Source: Antedon mediterranea (taxonomy: Eukaryota > Animalia > Echinodermata). Taken from it: a stretch of 64,000 bases of DNA. The notes beneath the pieces are model-generated. The model saw only the letters and a program-made list of their open reading frames with translations. It was not told the origin of the DNA and searched no databases. This document shows, in pieces, positions 54,701 through 64,000 of the stretch. The stretch is from positions 5,238,201-5,302,200 of the forward strand of contig NC_092679.1 of NCBI RefSeq assembly GCF_964355755.1, in the 5' to 3' direction. The stretch's first letter is position 1. Every line of letters starts with the position of its first letter. The translations under genes and the position numbers were made by a program.

Positions 54701-57700
54701 AATACACTGAATTCAAGAAAAGTTGTTTGGATCGGGGTGTTAAAAACTATTAATTATTACAAGAAAACGTTATACAGTACTCTTAAAGTCTTATCCGTGT
54801 TCAGACAGTCAGTAGCCAACTAAACTGATTTATCGGACTAGAGGTTGGAGGAAGGGATGACTGCAGTAATACTGGTTATAGATTGTTTAAAGATGTTGAG
54901 TTTGTATATATCTGGTTCATTACATTATGTAAATCAACATAATTAGCTAAAAACATGTATAACGGTATCTCATAAACAATGACCCATGAATACGTGCGCC
55001 TTATTTAACGACAAGATCATGTTTCGTCCAAATCCCTTTTTTCTCACTCACATAGGTTTATATCCATTGACGTGCCATAAACCGGTTGCCAGCAAATTAT
55101 CATGATTATGATGTTGATAGAATAAATTTTAGCTAGGATCGTATTTCTCAACATGTACGCACCGTGAATCGAATCAAATCATTTGGGAACGTTGCATGTT
55201 TATGGCCCAGGACATTACGAATATTGCTGAGGAATATGGCAATTTGATAGCTGTTAATACTAATACAACACCCAGCATCACTGAACTGTTTTATCAAGGA
55301 GAAATGTTAATGAAAAAACGAAACAGAAATAATAATGTTCGTTAAAATGATTTATTGGGTAGTAGAAATTGTTGTTTATTATCAACATTTGTGTCTTTCT
55401 TTTGTACAATATTTTAAAAAATAAAACAAATTTGAATAAATGACTATATTTTACATTATAATTATTATGTATTGTAGGCCTACAATTTCATAATAATCAA
55501 ATCAAACAACATAGATTATTACGCAATACAGGTAGTTAATTTGCTATAATTTCTATCAGGATGCGTTACCGTACGTTATTATTATTGTTATGGTATTATT
55601 TAAGTTATTATAATAGGCATGCCTACATAACTTAACTAAATGGAACTGTATCATCAGTATGATATAACCAGTGTACATTTTATGAAACTTTAAATAAAAC
55701 ACCAACGATGACATATTTTCACCTCAATCTCTCAAGTAACAGACTTCTTAATAAAGAGGTTAATAGATTAAAAAGGTGATCATGAATAGTGTTTCTTTAA
55801 CCCTTTTTTTTCAGATTCACTGATAACTATCAGAAGAACATGTGGTCTCCAGTGACGGCAACGGGAGAGTCTTCTTTCTATTTCTTGTTTTGTTTTTGCA
55901 GGTGCCCCGTAACCCTGCTATGACGTATTCACAGTTCTATTTCTGACCTCTGCGTGCAGTCGAATTATCATGAAACCTTATACGATAGACTGCTGAGAAA
56001 CCAGTGAGTATGAGGCGCAATATAGTCAAGCGTTATTTGCCACGCGTTCATACGGTTCCAACTGCACTGTAATACGGTATAGATTATTATGACATTATAT
56101 TACCATAAATATACAAAATATGTATTACAAATAAAATAAATAACACAATTTTACATTTTATCTACAACTAGGGTGATATTTGTCCGATATGATAGGCCTA
56201 AGAATCAAAATAATTGAGCGAATTTCCATGTATACAATTTGCGCCTCATACACGAGTCACAGCAAATAAATTATCGTATCACTTATTTTAAAACGCAACG
56301 ATATTTCGTTGAACCTCAAAATTGATTAACAGATAACCTAGTATTTTCAATTATTTACTAATATTCTACATTCCGTCACAGCATGTGACGTATTTATTTA
56401 TTTTCTGTACATGAATAAATAAAGGTAGGCCTACACGAAATGTTGGTATTTGTTTTATTAACAGTTTTCAAAATCATAATTAAAAATGTTGGTTCAGTTT
56501 GGTTAATTACGTCATTAACTCCGGCACCCTGAGTTCAACATACTCTCTCCAATCTTTACCTTCGATTATGTTTCATTTATATTGATATTTACTTTAACAA
56601 TATGTGTTGTTTAACATTTTAAATATTTGAATAAGAGTGGGTCAACAGTATGTACAAAAGAGAAACATTGAAGTAGACCTATGTTAAGTAAAAGTAATAG
56701 CAACGAGTGTGTAGGCCTCTCTACCGCTTTTTAGGCCTATTATTCCTGGTGCTTCACCCCGTAAGTAATTCAAACCATTTGTCAGTGGAAAGCAGACAAC
56801 GATATTTTGATTTGTTACAGATATATGAAACTTGAATTTGCAAATTTAATGTTATACAGTGTCTTCAGTTTTAATTTATCTTATGATTTGTAAATGACCA
56901 TCTTTCCGAAGAATAATACATATGATTTGTACGTAGAATGAAACCGAACGGACCTCGATATAAGATATTTTGCGAATCAATGCACGTATGCCTAAAGAAA
57001 ACATCTTTATAATTTCACAGCAGAAAAAAAGCTAAACTGAGTAAGTTGCTTTGTAGTAGAACAAAATAAATTCGAATTCAATTATTTTGTTGTCTTTAGT
57101 GCAGCGTATTTTTACGTCTGATGTTTTACTACTCAAAACGGATGATATTAATGTATATAAAACCCAATCGTTCGGTTCTAAAGGCTACGACACATCGGAT
57201 TTCTACAACTTCCCTCAGATTGAAATTGGAGTCTGATTCTCTAAAAATTGAAAGCATAAAGCATAGCTGAATACATACGGCTATTGTGAGAATATGAGGA
57301 CTTGACAGAGAATCCTATGTCATATCGTGTCGTAAAAAATGTAATTTTAGCAAACACTCTTTTACAAATTGAAGATTAGTTGTTATAAAATAGAAGATAT
57401 ACGACATGAAGGAGCATGACAGACCTTTACTTAACACACTACTCCTCATTAGCACTTAGTTTTAATTACTTTAAACTCAAAATGATACCAATGCATGATA
57501 TTCTTGTAACGAAATATTTCATATAATATGGTTATAATGTTGCACGTTTTATGATACTTTAGTAGTTTAGTTATTACGAAGAATTGGAGCATAATAAACT
57601 TATATTTTAAGATTGACATTTTGACAATGTATGATCTATTGAATGTAAACAATTAGACATGGAGAGATTAGGATAACGATGTGGTATTCCTGTATTATAG

Positions 57701-57767
57701 TCAAGTTACTTGGATTGTTATCTTGTAGAGTAACTCAAGTAGCCCAAACAAATAACGTGATATACCA

Positions 57768-57803
57768 GAATTCTGGTGATATACCAGAATTCGGGTGATA
57801 TAC
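57768..57803. repeat. Short tandem repeat GTGATATACCAGAATTC(T/G)G x2.5 with internal palindrome
   Basis: GTGATATAC occurs three times 19 bp apart (the tract may extend a few bases past the stated end); ACCAGAATTCTGGT is a perfect palindrome. Confidence 0.8.
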
Positions 57804-58829
57804 TTTTTGATGAATTACTGTACTGTTTTGTGACATACATTATCATGGAATGGGTGTGATAATATGAAATGATAGATGTGGTATTTTTGTAGTATTAGTA
57901 TGTGCAGCAGTAGAGTAATTTAAATAACCAAAATTAAAGTTGCTACCAGTTTTCCGGGGATATACAGTAATTTTTGGTGAATTACTAAAATGGACGAAAC
58001 AAAGAAACCATACTAAGGGTTTGTTTTTCCAACTTCATCCATTAATAATAGAAAGTAGAAATGTATTGATTTGTTTTAAAAAAATGTGGACACTATTTTT
58101 GTCATTAGTTTTCTTCTGTTGCTGATGTTTTGCTGTTTTCAAATAGACCAAACATTACTTACACTGTTATTCAGTATTCTACATTTAACAATAAAAACAC
58201 ATTACTGGATTATGACATTTACAGACAACCTATTTTGTAAGCAATGAAAATTTAATATTACCGGTACTGTATTAATATTTTATAGTTTTCCGGTATTTGG
58301 TTACTGTGGTAGTTTATTGTGCGATAAGAGAGCTTGACAATACTGTAGTTATGTGGGCCCGCATAATATTCTAGGCTGTTGAATGGGAAGCAATCGTTGA
58401 CGAATAACCCGGGGCAGGAAGGCAAATAAGCCAAGCACTGTGTGTATGCAGTACACAACATCTGTATCGTAGAATTTCTTATTAAAACCTCCAAAATGAT
58501 CATAATAGAAAAGCATGAATTGAACGTATATAACCTATTCAAACGCAATGTTTGCTCAAAATATTTACTGAATGATTCAGAACTGAATAATGGTCTCTTT
58601 AGCCTGTCAGTTGAACGCTAGTATAGAGTCTACTAAACGACGGATATTGTATCTCCATTACCGCTATTGTGTATATCTTTATTATATATGTCGGTGTAAT
58701 TCATACTAAAGAAATCGCAATACACTTTGAACGAATGTTCTACTGTCGTTATTAAAGCCTAGAACGGTTTAATAATGTTGGATATTGCAAAGGACCTGGA
58801 AACGTTCACAGCAGAACGTCCACACCTCA

Positions 58830-60681
<1,852 letters not shown>

Positions 60682-60952
60682 GGAAAATGTCGAACAGGAA
60701 AACAAGGCTTTGGGCCGGGCAAGCACGAGTTCAGAAGACGAATCTGGTATGTTAGAGAATGGGGAACCTTCGGATTTAAGTTCACCTCAACAGACCTCTC
60801 ATCTTGTACAGGGTATGACGACATTAATGCCCCATCCTCCATCAGCGCCTTCGGCAATAGCAGTAAGCGGCCATGATGTCATGGCGGCAAGCCTAAATAC
60901 TTCCATTTTAGCTCCAATGCCTAACAATCATTTAGTAGATTTAGGATCCTAG
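60682..60952 (+). CDS. Six1/2: Six1/2 coding exon 2 (C-terminal region)
   Basis: Acceptor ttgtttgtttcgtttgtag (AG at 60680-60681) is phase-compatible with exon 1 (AG+G = Arg, then ENVEQ...). Ends ...HLVDLGS-TAG, the C-terminus typical of Six1/Six2. Spliced CDS is 825 nt, 274 aa. Confidence 0.95.
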
Positions 60953-61602
60953 CCTTGGTATATATAGAAATAAATGGCTTTGAATTTGCAATATTTTGTC
61001 GAGCTAAATTCACAATTTTTCCCTCACATATGAACTTTAAAATGAAGCTTTTATCTAACGTGTTATTTTTTTGTCCTGTAAAACTCAAAGAAAGTATTAT
61101 TGCCAAAGGCAATATTTGTAACTTATTGAGTTTGAGTGTGTTAAAGCAAAAAGCTGATCACTATGATCTGTCTTCAGAGATGAAGTACTATTGTGACACT
61201 AAATATTCTTGTTCTCTATGTATAATATGTGTAGCTAAGGTTGAGAGTTAGGCCTCTCAGATTTTACAAGAAGCAGCATTTACGTTTTATGCACACTTGA
61301 TTAAGTGAGTCTAGTCCGGGTGGTTTTGAGTCACAGTAGCTGCATGCTGCTAGCTAGCCAGGGTGAATGTATCCTCTCATAAGTGAAGTTTATGGTCTTG
61401 CAAATAATAAACATGCACCGTTTGTTGATTTTAGCATAAAAAGAGCAACCAATCCTTATAAATTGTAAATCGAATCTTGGCTTTAAAACATTGGATTAAA
61501 TACCGTAGCTGGTTATACTTAATATGTTAAAACACTATAGGAAATTGTATACAATTGGTATGGTTCATTTGTATAGGCCTATGTTCAAGCTGATAAACTT
61601 CC

Positions 61603-61608
61603 AATAAA
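61603..61608 (+). terminator. Candidate poly(A) signal for Six1/2
   Basis: AATAAA about 650 nt after the stop codon; an alternative AATAAA lies at ~61406. The AT-rich context makes this weak. Confidence 0.3.
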
Positions 61609-64000
61609 ATATCTTTATATATCAACACTATATTAAAAGGTACATTCTTGTGAATATCGCAACAAATTTAAATTTATTTAAATGACATAAACTTAGTGTG
61701 TAACAACGTTATCTTGATCGTTACATATTTATATGTTGAACAAGAACATACGAAATGTATTCATTAAATTATTTCAACTTATATTTTAAATAAGTGTACT
61801 CGATAAAACATTGGTCAAATAACTTTGTTAGTATACGTGCTAAACACCAATATTTAGATTGATTTTTTTGCACATGGAACGAATTAATAACACAAAATAA
61901 TAAGCAAAGTGATGATGTATTTTCTTAAACCTTATAACACTAAGGCTTAATCTATAATTGTGTTTTATATTCTGTCACATTGAAGCCCGTTCAACATACA
62001 CGCCATTTAATACATCTTCATAATTCCGTATACAGGGTATTAATATTAGTATTATTAATAATACTATATTTATTTGGATAATAATTTGAACGTCCATTTT
62101 TAAAAGAACGTTCGTATCATTATTATATAACTGACCACCTGACTTAAGGTTAAGATTGTTAATACAAATTAGTAGCTCCTCCCAGTGCATTACTACTGTA
62201 CTAGTAATAGCTCACATCCTTCCTTTCCATTTAACTACTATTTCTAGACATTTTGCTACTACCACCATTCGCTAGTCCTTTAACATGGTGGCCTATCTTT
62301 TCTATTATGACTTACTAAATGCACCAAATATCATTAACGAATTAAGTACCACTTCAAACTATTAAACGGTACATTTAATACTGGTAGTATAGTATTATTA
62401 GTAAACGTAGGTACTACAGTTATTAGGCCTAGCAAATATTTGGTTGTAGGCTACAATGTAGGTCGGTAAAAGCGTTACATTCTATCGGTAATAGCCTAGT
62501 GTTTATGTGCATAAAAGTGCTATATGTGCAAATACGATGTCACCTGAAGTAGGCCTAATTTAAAATGTCATTTAAAAAATGTTATTATTTCCTTTGGTTT
62601 ATTTATGTTGTCGCGTCTGATTCAATGTGACAGATCCCACGTCCAAACATTATGAAACATTGTATTCAAGTTTGACCAATGTAAAAAAACGAGGCTACCA
62701 GACGAGCAAAATTTATAAAAATAGTTTAATCCTTCTTGAAAACACTGTGTAATAAATGTTGTTAAAAATAAAGAAACTGGTGTAACCTATGTACATAGAT
62801 AATAATGGTTCAAAATGGAATGATTGTACTGGCTTCAGGTATAACAGAATGTATGTAACCCTTATTCGGAGCATACGCCACTTTAAACAGGGTATTCTAC
62901 GCTATGCGTACAAACTAATGCATCAACCGCTGTCAAAATATAGATATAAGTATACGTTTTGACATTCTGAGAATAAATGGTTTTAAAACGAGATAAATGT
63001 TCCAACTCTGATTTTGTGAAAGTTCTAATGTACTATATCTTTTAAATATTTATATACAATCTTGATTGGGGTTATCCTCTATTTAAGCTAGGTTACCGTA
63101 TGCCGCGGCTTAGGTTATGGATTGACTTATTAGGTGAATGAAATGTACAATATATTGTATTTATATTATTATTGTACAAAAGAAAACATACAAAGAAAGA
63201 CGATATATATGCTAGTTGAAGAATGCGTCGGTCCATCAACATTCAACCATTTCAACGAAAAACCAAGAAATCGCAATGTGGGGTAAGTTTCAGAAATAAC
63301 TTACATTTTTCTTTCGTTTTTAGTAATTACATTTTGTACTGATTTGTTAAAATAATTTTGAAAACAAATAGTATTACTGTATTTTATATTTACTGTTTCA
63401 ACACGTTTTATACCATTTTATTGAAAATGTTGGATTTTTATGTTTCTTTATGTTATGGTACATTTCCTTTTTTAAGTTAATGGAGATATTAACTCAGAAT
63501 TAGTAATCAACTATTACATTTTTTTGTATTAAATTGGTTCACGACACAATATTTTAGGAACGTGAGTCTCTCATCACTGGTGACACTGCCCCCACTCGGC
63601 TCTGGCAAAGATTTTTTAAACCTTAGTAAAAAGGCAAAAGTCTAAACCAATAACAACAAAAACAACCTTATTTATTAGTTTCAACTTTATATAATTAAGG
63701 TTAAAATAACAATTTCTATACATTTTTATATATACCCCACCACTTTCTTCCACTCCTCAATTGATAGTCTCCGACGCCCCCAAAACAATTCATTAATAAC
63801 GTTCTGTATAATACAGTAGTTAACCCTGACAAGAAACTCTCTCATGGGCCAGGTTTACACCTCTCTCACCCCCTCCCCACCCCATCCTCTCTATCAACAA
63901 AACTCTCATATTTAACAAAATAATGCAAACATTGTACTGTATTGAATAGTTTGAAAGTTGGTAATAAGCATGTACTTCCTCTTCATGGAATCACTCTTAC

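Noticed and set aside
63865-63890. Possible minus-strand G-quadruplex
   Set aside because: Only three long C-runs plus a CC; more likely a simple pyrimidine tract.

Overview
AT-rich eukaryotic (animal) genomic DNA. The gene structure and repeat types suggest a marine invertebrate, possibly an echinoderm, but that is inference. The only clearly recognisable host gene is a two-exon Six1/2 (sine oculis class) homeobox gene near the right end: CDS 59177-59730 + 60682-60952, 274 aa, ending LVDLGS. The ~59 kb upstream is a gene-poor region typical of a developmental regulator. It holds one young L1/Tx1-clade LINE (~15280-20034; EN-RT-zinc knuckle ORF2 broken by a single nonsense codon, 14-18 bp target site duplication [TSD], no ORF1), several MITEs (Kolobok-like, Harbinger-like, pogo-like), a Crypton/DIRS-like non-autonomous element with split inverted repeats, tandem repeats, and GC-richer islands that may be enhancers. 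The most unusual signals are four. (1) At least 36 copies of TAGGCCTA; paralog comparison inside the window shows it arises as a 6-bp insertion at TA, so it is probably a transposon excision footprint. (2) A family of 29-35 bp CATG...CATG hairpin micro-elements with 7-bp TSDs. (3) The ORF1-less LINE. (4) A cluster of CTCF-like motifs. All counts and alignments were done by eye; no database searches were run.
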